Positions 33,626-44,390 of a stretch of 63,877 nt of DNA are shown here, piece after piece. A model generated the notes under the pieces. That model had not been told where the DNA came from. It made no database searches and saw only the letters and a list, made by a program, of their open reading frames with translations. The stretch is from Gracilinanus agilis (taxonomy: Eukaryota): NCBI RefSeq assembly GCF_016433145.1, contig NC_058135.1, positions 57,300,730 through 57,364,606 on the forward strand, in the 5' to 3' direction. Each line of letters starts with the position of its first letter. Position 1 is the stretch's first letter. Position numbers and translations under genes: made by a program.

Positions 33626-35299
33626 ATTCAGACTGAAGTTGTTGGGGAGGGCAGTTTAAGCGAGTAGAAGTCTAGAATTCTGGTCTACCTTTAATGATAT
33701 TAGCTGACATCTATTTATTCCTTTATGCCCTACTTTACCTACAAATCACAAGTGTCTTCACAACAACCCTGTGAGATAAGCAGCCCTAAACATGATGAGT
33801 CCCATTCTGCTCATAAGAATTGGAAGTTCGAAGCTGGATACGCTGGTTGAAGTAAGTTCATATAAACTGAGTTTGAGTGTTTTATTCTATAGGCAGCAGG
33901 AAACCACTGAGGATTTTGAGCAAGGACTATTCAGAGCTGAGCATTAGAAATATTATTGGGCAGCTGCATGGAGGATGGATTTGGAGAGGAGGGAGAGAGC
34001 GTTTGGCCCAGTTCCTGAAACATAGCAGAGACTTAATAAATGCTTTCTGGTTGCCTGAGGAGAGTCAGAGAGAAGAGGAAGGAAAGGAAGTTATCATAAT
34101 AGTTTGAATGAGAAGTTTGATAAAGGTCTGAACTAGGCTGGCGAGAAATATATTATGGAGGTAGAAAGGGAAGAGTGGAAGATGACCTTAAGGTTCATTG
34201 TGTTTACCTGTGAGAATTTAAACTCCCAGGGCAGGCACTCAGCATTCATTTTTTAAGGACCTACTATGTGTCACGCACTATGCTAGGTGCTACAGATAAG
34301 AATACAAAGAATGAACCAATCCCTTCTTGCAAGAAGCTTGTATTCTCAAAAACGTCTGATTGATTAGCTAATTTGAACAGCTAATACTTTCTTCAAAAAG
34401 AATGCAGAGAAGCTTTAGTATATGAAAGCTTTGGAAATGTAGTCTTTAAATTAATACAAGAAAATAGATTTATTTTTAATGTTAAAAAATGTCCTCATAC
34501 CCAGAAGGTTTGGAATCATTGCCCTAGACAAGAGCTCTAGTATTTATTCCTTCCTGAACTCTGAAATCCATCTACCAGACATGTGATGGCTATTCTTTCA
34601 TTCTTTTTTTTTTTTAAAGGAGAACACAGCCCAAGAAAGGTTCAATAACTCGTTGATAAAATAAAATCTAGGTGTTTTTTTATTCTGCATTCTACCCTCC
34701 AGGCTAATGTTTCCTCAACTATGGGCAACGGAATCATTACAAGAAGTTCTTGAATTCATATATACACAAAGCACTATTCACTTTGATCTTTCATTTCAAC
34801 TCCTATCATGGGGAGGAGGCAATGGAATATCTTAAAAAAATGTTTTTAAATAGTGACCTCAAACTCCAAAGGTGGGGAATCATTGTACTAGAGAAGAGTT
34901 TAAGTATGGTCCAAAGACCTGAGGGTGGGCTGGGGGATGCACATTATTTTCATAATAATACCAAGCTATTTTCATTTCTGATATGGTAAATATGTAGAGG
35001 TTTAATTAGAGGATTCTCTTTCACCTTTTTGGGGGGTGTACCCAGTGCTTATTAGCGCAATCGCCAGTGCATAGTAGGCATTTAATGAATGTTTATTGCT
35101 CTATTGATTATAACCTCATATAAACAAAGCTCTTCGAGGAATAGTCTTTAATAATTTTTAGAGTGCAAAGGGGTCTCGAGACTAAAAAGTTTGAGAACTT
35201 TGGACTGCAGTCATTGAAGGCTGGATTCATACCATTTGAGTAGGATGAGTTTCAGTAGTAAATGGGCCATTTTCTTAGGGTTTAGGTATCTTTATTTCT

Positions 35300-35464
35300 T
35301 TTTTTAAAATTTTTTTACTGTCTTTTTTAAACATTTATTAATATTTATTTTTTTGAAAAGTTAACATGGTTACATAATTCATGCTCTTACTTTCCCCTTC
35401 ACCCCCCCCCCCCACTTCCCCCTTCCCCCCATGGCAGATGTGTATTTCCACTGGTTTTAACATG
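35300..35464 (-). mobile_element. Very short 5'-truncated L1 (165 bp) with perfect 16-bp TSD, sense to LEF1
   Basis: TSD aggtatctttatttct at 35284-35299 and 35465-35480; body matches the L1 3' UTR seen at about 62940-63055. Confidence 0.92.
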
Positions 35465-36230
35465 AGGTATCTTTATTTCTAACAGAGTCTCTTTGCCCCC
35501 AATACCCATTATTCTGACTTTATTAGCTCCACAGATGAATAGACATCTTAAGGGTCAAAGTTGATAATAAGCAGATGACACTTTTACTACAAATGGTTTT
35601 TTTTGTTTTGTTTTGTTTTGTTTTAGGAAATCTTTCTGAAATTGAGGTGGTTTCGTCAAAAAAAACATCCATAGTAGTAAAATGAATCAAACTCAAAGAT
35701 TCAAGTTGGATTCAAAGATTTGGAAGGGGCCAGCCTGGGGCCATTTTCCTTTCCCCTTCTCTGAATCTTTGATTCTGCCTCTATTAATAAAGTGGGTTGT
35801 GTGTTAATGAAGTAGTTGCTAGAGGATGAAAAAAGGAATGCGTTTCCATTGTAATTGCATTCTCAGGTCAAAAGTGATCAATTCATTTTCCTTAAAAGAC
35901 ACTTTACAAACACAGAATCAAAACATAAGCTAAAGTTATGCACTCAAATTTAAAATAATTTGACAATGAATGATGCCTCTTCCCAGGAAGCAAGACTAGG
36001 CAACCAATCAAAATTCAAGGATGATAGTAATTGATGAAAATAATCGCCAGTAAAGCACTTCACCTATGTCATCTCATTTGATCCTCAGACCAGCCCTGGG
36101 AAGTAGGTGCTACTATTATCCCCATTTTATGGATGAGGAAAACAGCCAAAGTGAATTTGAAGTTGAAATTGAATGCCTCCTTTGATACTGATACAGCTAT
36201 TTAGTTGTTTCATTAAAAACTTAATTACTG

Positions 36231-36428
36231 GGGACAGTGGGGTAGCTCAGTGGATTGAAAGCCAGGCCTAGAGATGGGAGGTCCTGGGTTCAAATCTGGC
36301 CTCAGACACTTCCCAGCTGTGTGACCCTGGGCAAGTCACTTGACCCCCATTGCCCACCCTTACCACTCTTCTGCCTTGAAGCCAATAGACAGTATTGACT
36401 CCAAGACGGAAGATAAAGGTTTAAAAAA
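36231..36428 (+). mobile_element. Young SINE1_Mdo copy, antisense to LEF1
   Basis: gggacagtggggtagctcagtggattgaaagccaggcctagagatgggaggtcctgggttcaaatctggcctcagacacttcccagctg...ggtttaaaaaaa. Confidence 0.92.
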
Positions 36429-36551
36429 ATTACTATTTAATTTTTAAAAAATTGGGCCAGACTTGTGATTTCATTGGTTTAGAAAATTTCTAATAGGGGA
36501 AACTTCTTCTACTGATGCAATTCAGTTACTATTTTAAAATGTATATGCTTA

Positions 36552-36685
36552 TGTAAAACCCAGTGGAATTGTGCTGGCTATGGGAGAGGAGTGGGAAGAA
36601 GGGAGAGAAAGAACACGAATCATGTAACCATGGAAAAATATTCTAAATTAATTAAAGAAATAAAAATTTAAAAAATTTAAAAAAT
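36552..36685 (+). mobile_element. Very short 5'-truncated L1 (134 bp) with perfect 16-bp TSD, inside a MIR-like element
   Basis: TSD aaaatgtatatgctta at 36536-36551 and 36686-36701, preceded by tttt (L1 endonuclease site); body matches the L1 3' UTR at about 2845-2950. Confidence 0.92.
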
Positions 36686-37659
36686 AAAATGTATATGCTT
36701 AGAGAGTTGCCTGAGAGACTGAACCAATAACTAACTTGTCCTGGATTCTTCTTGATTCTGAGGCCAGATCTGGTTGCTATTTCCACATTGAGAAGTTACC
36801 TTAATCTACAACAAAATAAAAGAAGGACCCAATTCTAGATTGCGTTAATATGATTAACCTCTTTGGGTGAAGAAAGTGATTTATACAAGGTAACTAAGTG
36901 AGCAAGGGATGTTTATATATCCTGTGCTCAATATACTTTGCATCCCATTCTCAGATTACAATTTTCTGGGGCATTATTACTTTCCACCAGTCTCAGTCTA
37001 GTTAAAGTGAGAAAGACTTCAAAGCCTTTCCAGTTGACTTGTGATCACCGATTCTGATGGGAGGATAGTAAAAACCCAAATAACTTAAAGAAACTAATAA
37101 TTCAAAATCTTAACTTTAGGCATTATCTTCAATCCTTTTTTCCCCTACTAAGCTTTAGAAAAGTAGGATTCTTGCATCACTACATACCCCATTGGGGCTT
37201 GAAGGTCACCCTGGGTTCCTGGAGGGTAAGCCAGCAGAGTACAAACTCTGGGAGACTGTCCCAAGCTAGAAAGGCTCTGAGGACACATTTAGCAATGCAT
37301 GGACATTATGTCTATTTATTCATGCATGTAAATGTTGCTAGAGAGGATGAAAGCTCACTGAGGGCAGGGATAGTTTCATTTTTGTCTTCGTACCTCTTCG
37401 TGCTTAGGACACAATGCTTGTTGATTCTTTAATTACTTTTAGGGGACCAGTCTAGTGAAATTCAGAAAGGCTCATCAGCAATTTGGTTTTGAGGAAGGCT
37501 GCGGTGGGAGCGGTGGGGTAGTTTTTACAGCCACAGAAACTTTCCAAGATTGCCAATCAATCTGTAGATGGGTTAATCTGTGGAGGGGGTAACCACACTG
37601 ATAAAACCACAGATCCTCGAAGTACTGAATTCAGTATTTTAAATTTAAAATATTTTAAA

Positions 37660-37910
37660 GGGATGATGATGTTCAGTCATTTTCAATCACATCCAACTCT
37701 CTGTGACGCCATTTGGGGTTTTCTTGGCAAAAGACACTGGAGTGGTTTGCCATTTCCTTTTCCAGTTCATTTTACAGATGAGGAAACTAAGGCCAAGAGT
37801 TAGTGATTTTCTCAGGATTATACATCTAATAAGTGCTTGAGGATAGATTTGAACTCAGGAAAATAAGTTTTCCTGACTCCAGACCCGGCATCCTATCTAC
37901 TTCACAACTT
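37660..37910 (-). mobile_element. MAR1-type SINE
   Basis: gatgttcagtcattttcaatcac.tccaactct...ttttcttggcaa...ggagtggtttgccatttcc...ttttacagatgaggaaact. Confidence 0.87.
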
Positions 37911-38997
37911 ACCTAAAGTAGGAGTTGGTAATGAGTAGCCAAACCCATTGGTTGAAACTTTCCTCCCTTTCCTGTGCCATTTACCTTACCTTGATAGGGA
38001 TAGAAAATAATACAAAGGAAAGTGAGTGACTATAGAGAGACTTCCAAGCAGAGAGGCACGAAGAATCTGGGTTTAGTTTCAGCCATTTGTCATGTATGGA
38101 ATATAGGGGATACATGATTCAGTTAGGGGACTGAAGCAACAAGAGCCTTTCCAGCTTGGGGATTTGGTGACTCCAGGTTTCCCTGTAAGAGGGAGCCAAT
38201 CTTGGATGAAGGGGTCACCACAATCCTACCCTTTCAATGGAAGGGGATGTGTATAAGTCATTTACCAACTAGCAGTTGTTGTAATGGGTTTATACTGAAA
38301 GAAGGTATATAGTCGCTAGAATGCTACTCGGGGCCAGGGGTTGGGGGAGAGTGGGATGTAGTTTGTGCCCACAGAGGAGTCATTTTCTCTCTACACAAGT
38401 AACTGGTCTATGGGGAAGATGAAACCAGAAACACTGGCCTCATTAGCACCACGTTCTAGCCAACTGAGCTAACCAACATGCTAATTAGCAGAGAAATCCC
38501 CAAAAGGCAGGCAGCTGGAGAAAGGAGGAGCAGAAGCAAAAGACCTAAATAATAAGCCCTTGAATAATTCAGTGTTGTCTGTACAGACCACACTACCACA
38601 TTGGAAGCTCCATTTCATATGGGTGGGAATCAGGGCACTAAAAAGGGAATTAGAAAAACCCAGAATCACGTTGTTGAAGTTATTATTACTATTATTATTA
38701 TTACTATTATCTATAATGTTGTCGATCATTTGCATTTAAAGGTTTTATAATAGTGATAATTAGCAATAATGTTCCAATTATTATTGATAGTGACAGGGGT
38801 AATAATAACTCTCCATCTTTATAAAGGCTTTAAATGATCATTAATAATAATCAGAGAAGAAGATGAGAGGGGAAAGTAATAGGCCAAACAGAAAAGATTT
38901 GTTTTCTTGGTGTGGCCATAGGAATTCATTGGTATAGAGTACTCTCAGTAAGGACACTCCTTCTACCAATGCAAACCCATAACTCAGAGTCTTAGGG

Positions 38998-39400
38998 AAA
39001 GGTTTCTTAACCCAAAGTTTACGCACATGTGTTTTAAATTTTAAATAGTTTGGTAACTGCATTGCAATGAAATTGGCTTTCTTGGTAATCCTATGTATTT
39101 TACTTTATGCATTTAAGAAACATTTTTCAGGGCAGCCAGGATTGAGAGTCAAGCCTAGATAGGGGAGGTCCTGTTTCAAATCTGGCCTCAGGCATGTCCC
39201 AGATGTGTGACTCAGGGTAAGTCACTTAACCTTCATTGCCTAGCCCTTACTATTCTTCTGCCTTGGGACCCATATACAGTATTGATTCTAAGACAGAAGA
39301 TATGGGTTTAAAAAAATTAAATAAACCTTTTTCTAAGAAGGAGTTTATAGGCTTCTCAGACTTCCAAAGGTTACCATGATCCAAAAAAGGTTAGGATCCT
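38998..39400. mobile_element. Charlie4a-like hAT MITE, reverse orientation to 28960-29157, split by a SINE1
   Basis: gaaaggtttcttaacc...ggtaatcctatgtattttactttatgcattta [SINE 39127-39320] ...ataggcttctcagact.ccaaagg...aaaaggttaggatcc. Confidence 0.68.
39127..39320 (+). mobile_element. SINE1_Mdo-type SINE, antisense to LEF1
   Basis: agggcagccagg...caaatctggcctcag...tagcccttac...agtattgattctaagacagaag...gggtttaaaaaaa. Confidence 0.87.
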
Positions 39401-39549
39401 TGTCTTTGAGAGTTGCCTTAGATATTGAAAAATAAAATGATTTGCCCAGGGTTTCACAGTCTGTTTGAATCAGAACTCTGAAATCAGGTTCTCTTGTCTA
39501 TAAAGTCTGCTTTTTATCCACTATGCCAACTGCCTCTCAGATCCAGGAT

Positions 39550-39552
<3 letters not shown>

Positions 39553-39583
<31 letters not shown>
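39553..39583. repeat. (TAA)n microsatellite
   Basis: About 10 perfect units. Confidence 0.95.
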
Positions 39584-39584
<1 letters not shown>

Positions 39585-39585
<1 letters not shown>

Positions 39586-39830
39586 TTAACAGCTAGAATT
39601 TATACAGCACTTTGAGTTTTGCAAAGTATATTACACATATTATCTCATTTGATCCTCACAAAAACCCTGCAATGCAGGTGCTATTATTACTCTTATTTGA
39701 CAAGTGAAGAAATTGAGGCAAACAGAAGCTAAGTGACTTGCCCAGGGTCCTACAGCTATTAAGTGTCTGAGGCGGGATTTGAATCCAGGACCAGGATAAT
39801 GGATTCAATTGTCCACCTAGCTGCCTCTAA
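39585..39830 (-). mobile_element. MIR-type SINE
   Basis: tatctcatttgatcctcac...ggtgctattattac...ttgaggcaaacagaagctaagtgacttgcccaggg. Confidence 0.8.
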
Positions 39831-41420
39831 CAATACTCACTTTGCAGAGTACTGAAGTAGCAATAAAAGATGGGAACAGTACAAACATGCACAACACAGG
39901 TAGCCATTGGTCACAAACTCATTGTCTTGAAGATGTTCATGAGAGCCTATCACCACCAACAAAAAAAAATAAAAAGGACCATGGGTGATGAATCAAACCA
40001 AAGAAATTACTAGAACCCTGTCATCCATCAAAGACACTGAAAATAGGAGCTCAAATTTCCTTTTAAGCAGCTCACAGAATCATAAAATTTTAGAATGGAA
40101 AGGATTTATTCCCATCTCCCCATTTTATAAATGAGGAGGCTGAGGATTAGAAAAGTTGAGTGACTTGTTCAAGATCACACAGAGGTAGATCAAATACTGG
40201 AATTTCTTGGAAGCACAAAGCTCTTACCACTGTCCCACACTATCACTGAGGAACCACATCAGATTTCCCAGGTTTTACATTTTAATTTAAAAAAAAATTT
40301 AAAGGGTAAAAAAGACTATTGATTAAAAGCAGCCCAGAGGAAGGTGAAGGAAAATCTAAACTCTGAGATTCCATTTTTGGAATGGCACACATCCATTCCA
40401 TCATGTTTCCATCCACTCCTGGAAGAGTGGGTCTTAGATGGTTAAGAAAGGAAGATTTGAGGAAGAGTAAAAGCTAAGTGTTTAGCTGTGTTGACTTTTC
40501 TTATTTCTGAAAGAACTTTTGCACAGACATATCCCTGTTTAGAGTGCAGGAGGGCTTGGAGAGAAGGAAATCATTTAAGCTTTCAGGAAACTTGAGACTC
40601 AAAAAATAAACCAGTTCTCAGTGGTAAACAACTTAGATAACCAATGGAACAGAACTGATGCCCACTATTTGCTCTAACCAAAAAGCCAGCATTTTTGCTT
40701 CATTCATCTTACACTGACTATTTTTCTGTAAAATAGTAGGAACAGAAGGTAGGCATCAATTCATGAGAGGGTTGGGAGAGAGTTTAATTACCCTTTGCAG
40801 CTTTAGACAAATCTCATTTGGATCACTGATCTAGTCTTGGAGGAGACCTCAGAAGCTATCCAGTTTTCATTTTACATAGGTGGAAACTGAGGGCCAGAGA
40901 GGATAAGTGACCTGTCTAAAGGTCACAGAGTGAACTGAGGATAGAGATTTGAACCCAAGTCCTCTGAATGCCACAACCAAACATGATGTATTCAACAAGT
41001 TACAATTCAATTCTAGTAAATAGTGGGGGAAGAAAAAGTATTTAAAACCATAAAACTCTTAGAACTTAATGTGCACATTATTAAATGATTGATAAATTCT
41101 ATTTGATAACATTTCATTTATCAAAGGAAGGAATGAAAAGTATTTATAAGTTGAGAAAAAAACAAATTAGAAGGGTTAAAAACTCTCTTCTGATTCTTGT
41201 TTCTCTTTAGACCCTGCCTATGTGTGCTGAGATATACAAATACAACAGGGGGCGCTAAGGATTAAATCTGGGGTAGGCATTTCTTACATTGTGGTTTATG
41301 TTTAAGGAAGGAAGAGATGCTAAAAGCGTTCTGCCTCTGCTTTCCTTCTCTTTCTCCTCTGAAAAATAAAAAATAAGAATGGCAACCCAAAGTCGTCTCG
41401 TGGTTTTCCTCCCTCTCTTT

Positions 41421-41628
41421 TATTTATTTTTATTTATTTATTTATTTATTTTTAAACCTTAACTTCTGTGTATTGTCTCATAGGTGGAAGATTGGTAAGG
41501 GTGGGCAATGGGGGTCAAGTGACTTGCCCAGGGTCACACAGCTGGGAAGTGTCTGAGGCCGGATTTGAACCTAGGACCTCCCGTCTCTAGGCCTGGCTCT
41601 CAATCCACTGAGCTACCCAGCTGCCCCC
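41421..41628 (-). mobile_element. Young SINE1_Mdo copy (short-tail subfamily) with (TTTA)n tail and 15-bp TSD
   Basis: TSD cctccctctctttta on both sides; about 230 bp downstream of the exon 4 donor. Confidence 0.93.
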
Positions 41629-41859
41629 CTCCCTCTCTTTTAAACGGTAAATCAATTAAGTGGCTCTGGCCCAAGGAAAGCATCTATTATCTGGGCATCA
41701 CTTTGGGATGCAGCAACATCACTGGCAAGATAATCCAGCCACAGGTACCCGCGATGCCGTGGCAACGGCGACTAGGACACTCCGGGGAGCTCACCAGCCT
41801 CGTGGAAGGGAACTTGCTCCACTAGGTGGTAATGGGATTGGGAAGGAGGTCGCTCTCAC

Positions 41860-41992
41860 CTTGTTTGGAGTTGACGTCTGATGGGATGTGGGAAGGATGC
41901 GATCCTGGTGAAAAGTGCTCGTCGCTGTAAGTGATGAGTGGGGTGAGAGGGTGGACTGCGTGGGATGGCTGCACCACGGGCACTTTATTGGA
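41860..41992 (-). CDS. LEF1: LEF1 exon 4 [44 protein letters not shown](G), 133 nt
   Basis: Lies inside ORF 41822..42136; ctttgcag|TCCAAT...AAACAAG|gtgaga; keeps the LTP and FSP proline-directed kinase sites (human T155/S166). Confidence 0.99.
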
Positions 41993-42467
41993 CTGCAAAG
42001 TAACAACAGTAACAACCGTTAATATTCCTGCTCTCCTTCTGACTTGATGTTCTAACAGCCACACCCCCCCATCTCCTGCCTTGGCAGCCCACATCCCCTG
42101 CATGCACTGCCTCCCACCTTTGTTCAACAGAGCCACTTAAACCGGGGCCTCCTGGGTACAACAGAAGCCACATCTTTCCCAAGCCCAGGGCCATTTTTAA
42201 GTCAGACTAAGTATGTCAAGCCTACTATTGTTTTCCTGGCTTGTATTTCATATATTCTAACAAAATGCCTGAATTCTTACATTTGCATCCTTGAAGAGTA
42301 CTTAAACTGGAGGTGAAACGGTAGTGGTTGGATGTATGATAAAAACACATCAAATAAAATTATAATAACATTAATTTGTTCATAATTAATGCTATACTAT
42401 AATAAGGAAATTAATATTAATAGTGAAATTGTAATTGCTAAAAATATATTAAAATAAGAATAATTCA

Positions 42468-42660
42468 TTTTTTTTAAACCCTTACCTTCTGGCTTAGAAT
42501 CAATACCACTAATTTGGTTCCAAGGCAGAAGAGTGGTAAGGGCTAGGCAATAGCAATCAAATGACTTGCCCAGGGTCACATAGCTAGGAAGTGTCTGAGA
42601 CCAGATTTGAATCTAGGACTAAGCCTGGCTCTCAGTCCATTGAGCTACCCTGCTGGCCCT
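42468..42660 (-). mobile_element. SINE1_Mdo-type SINE
   Basis: tttttaaacccttaccttctggcttagaatcaatac...ggaagtgtctgag. Confidence 0.87.
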
Positions 42661-43111
42661 GAGGATAAATATTAATATAGCATAATATAGTATGTGATGG
42701 GGTCTTTTTATGGTCTTTCATTGAACAAGAATTCAGTTGAGACCATATTCTCTGATTCATTCAAAGCTACTTAGTGCTTTGGACTGTTTAAAAATCATCA
42801 TTTAAATTTCATTTAATTTTCTATTAATTTTTAAATTTTTAATTTTTTTAAACACCATTCTTTTTTAAAAAAAGGTCTCTTTCTCATTTAACCCAATCAG
42901 TTTCCTGTCTCGCTTTGCATTTGCTTCCTTGCCTGGTTCTGTATACCGCACAGATGAGGCTGGATATGGGTGCCCAATGTTAAATCAAACTAGAGTTTAA
43001 ACCTCCATTTTCATTTTCCATAATTTGTGTTTTGCCATAATGACAAGAACTCTCTAATTTTGGGCAAATGTTTGGGCAACTTAATTCAGGAGTTGCAGCC
43101 TTGCTAGCAGC

Positions 43112-43114
<3 letters not shown>

Positions 43115-43158
<44 letters not shown>

Positions 43159-43320
43159 ACTCTTATCTCCTGCCTGAGTATCAGTTCTGAGTATCAACAG
43201 AAGGACAAGGGCTAGGCAAATGGGTTAAGTGACTTGCCCAGGGTCACACAGCTAAGAAATGTCTGAGGCAGATTTGAACCCCGGTGTCCTGGCTCTATCT
43301 ACTGTGCTTCCTAGTTACCT
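43115..43320 (-). mobile_element. SINE1-type SINE with (TC)n tail
   Basis: (tc)n 43115-43157, then ...aagggctaggcaaatgggttaagtgacttgcccagggtcacacagc. Confidence 0.8.
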
Positions 43321-43419
43321 CCAGCAGCATCTCTTTTTACGAATATTTCATCTTCATTTGTGCTCCACTAATTTGGCCTCTGCTAATTCTACCTGGGATG
43401 TGCTTCTTTTTATTATAAG

Positions 43420-44040
43420 GTAACCACAAAGCCAGGCTTTGCCAAAGTGAATTAGTCACGTAAACACGAATGCAGGGGCATGTTTCATTTACTGAAGGGA
43501 ATCAAGTGTTTTCAAGAAGTTTAGGCCATAAATGTCATATGCAAATAAGGCTGCTGATTACAAGCTAGGCTTCTTCCTTTGTGAAACAGCCAGCCAGGGT
43601 GAGATCTCTCTTCAGTTAATACTTCTTGAGTAATTACTGAGGGAACTTGAAAGTAACCAAACTTCGTTTATTTAAAATATTCCTTAATTCAGACTTTTTG
43701 GCTAGTTCAGACTGGCCTTCCCTCCAATTAATCTTGAGTGGTTTAGGCCTCACTGTAATGCAAATGAAATTATGTGTGAAGTCGATTTCCTCCCAGACAA
43801 ATGCCAGCTAAGGTAAGTGGTGCAGGAGGCAGACAGACAGAGAAATGGGCCCAGTGAGTCCTGTTGCTACGCAGGGGCGCACGCTCAGGACTGGCGTCTC
43901 TGAAGCATCTTTATGTCTCCCCTACCCATAACACATGCTAATTTTGCATTTGATTCTTCCGACAAATTAGGTGTAATGTTAAGAGGTGCTGTGACTGAAA
44001 CATGCATGACTGCCCTGGGGAAAAATAGGGGCAATTATCC
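43420..44040. promoter_or_regulatory. Candidate intronic enhancer with POU octamer and HOX motifs
   Basis: No recognisable repeat; ATGCAAAT at 43539 and 43758, ATGCTAAT at 43935, GGCCATAAA at 43524; several CpGs near 43790-43900. Confidence 0.4.
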
Positions 44041-44114
44041 TAGTAATACTTAATTCTCTTTTACACCCTATCATTACAACCTCCACCCAAGTGGGGGGGG
44101 GCGGTGAGGTGAGT

Positions 44115-44390
44115 NNNNNNNNNNNNNNNNNNNNNNNNNNNNNNNNNNNNNNNNNNNNNNNNNNNNNNNNNNNNNNNNNNNNNNNNNNNNNNNNNNNNNN
44201 NNNNNNNNNNNNNNNNNNNNNNNNNNNNNNNNNNNNNNNNNNNNNNNNNNNNNNNNNNNNNNNNNNNNNNNNNNNNNNNNNNNNNNNNNNNNNNNNNNNN
44301 NNNNNNNNNNNNNNNNNNNNNNNNNNNNNNNNNNNNNNNNNNNNNNNNNNNNNNNNNNNNNNNNNNNNNNNNNNNNNNNNNNNNNNNNNN
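44115..44390. other. Assembly gap (276 N) in intron 3, next to a GA-rich tract
   Basis: N run followed by purine-rich low-complexity sequence to about 44545. Confidence 1.

Larger units (their letters stand above)
3881..41992 (-). other. LEF1: LEF1 (lymphoid enhancer-binding factor 1), partial gene span from exon 4 to exon 11; exon 9 not in the called sequence
   Basis: Seven exons translate to near-identical LEF1 peptide (context-dependent regulatory domain, HMG box, basic tail, N-type C-terminus) in the right order, with GT-AG borders and consistent phases (0,1,2,2,2,0 ... 0,1). Confidence 0.98.

Noticed and set aside
36231-36320. tRNA-like A/B-box heads (ggtagctcagtgg ... ggttcaaat) as tRNA genes
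   Set aside because: They are SINE1/MAR1 heads continuing into CORE and tail sequence; no complete cloverleaf.
41822-42136. 104-aa ORF as a standalone protein or extended exon 4
   Set aside because: Only 41860-41992 matches LEF1 and is bounded by canonical splice sites; the flanks are intron read-through.
24210-43820. Plus-strand splice-like sites (acceptor about 24232; donors about 25623 and 43812) as an antisense lncRNA
   Set aside because: Isolated consensus matches with no coherent exon chain; expected by chance in 64 kb.
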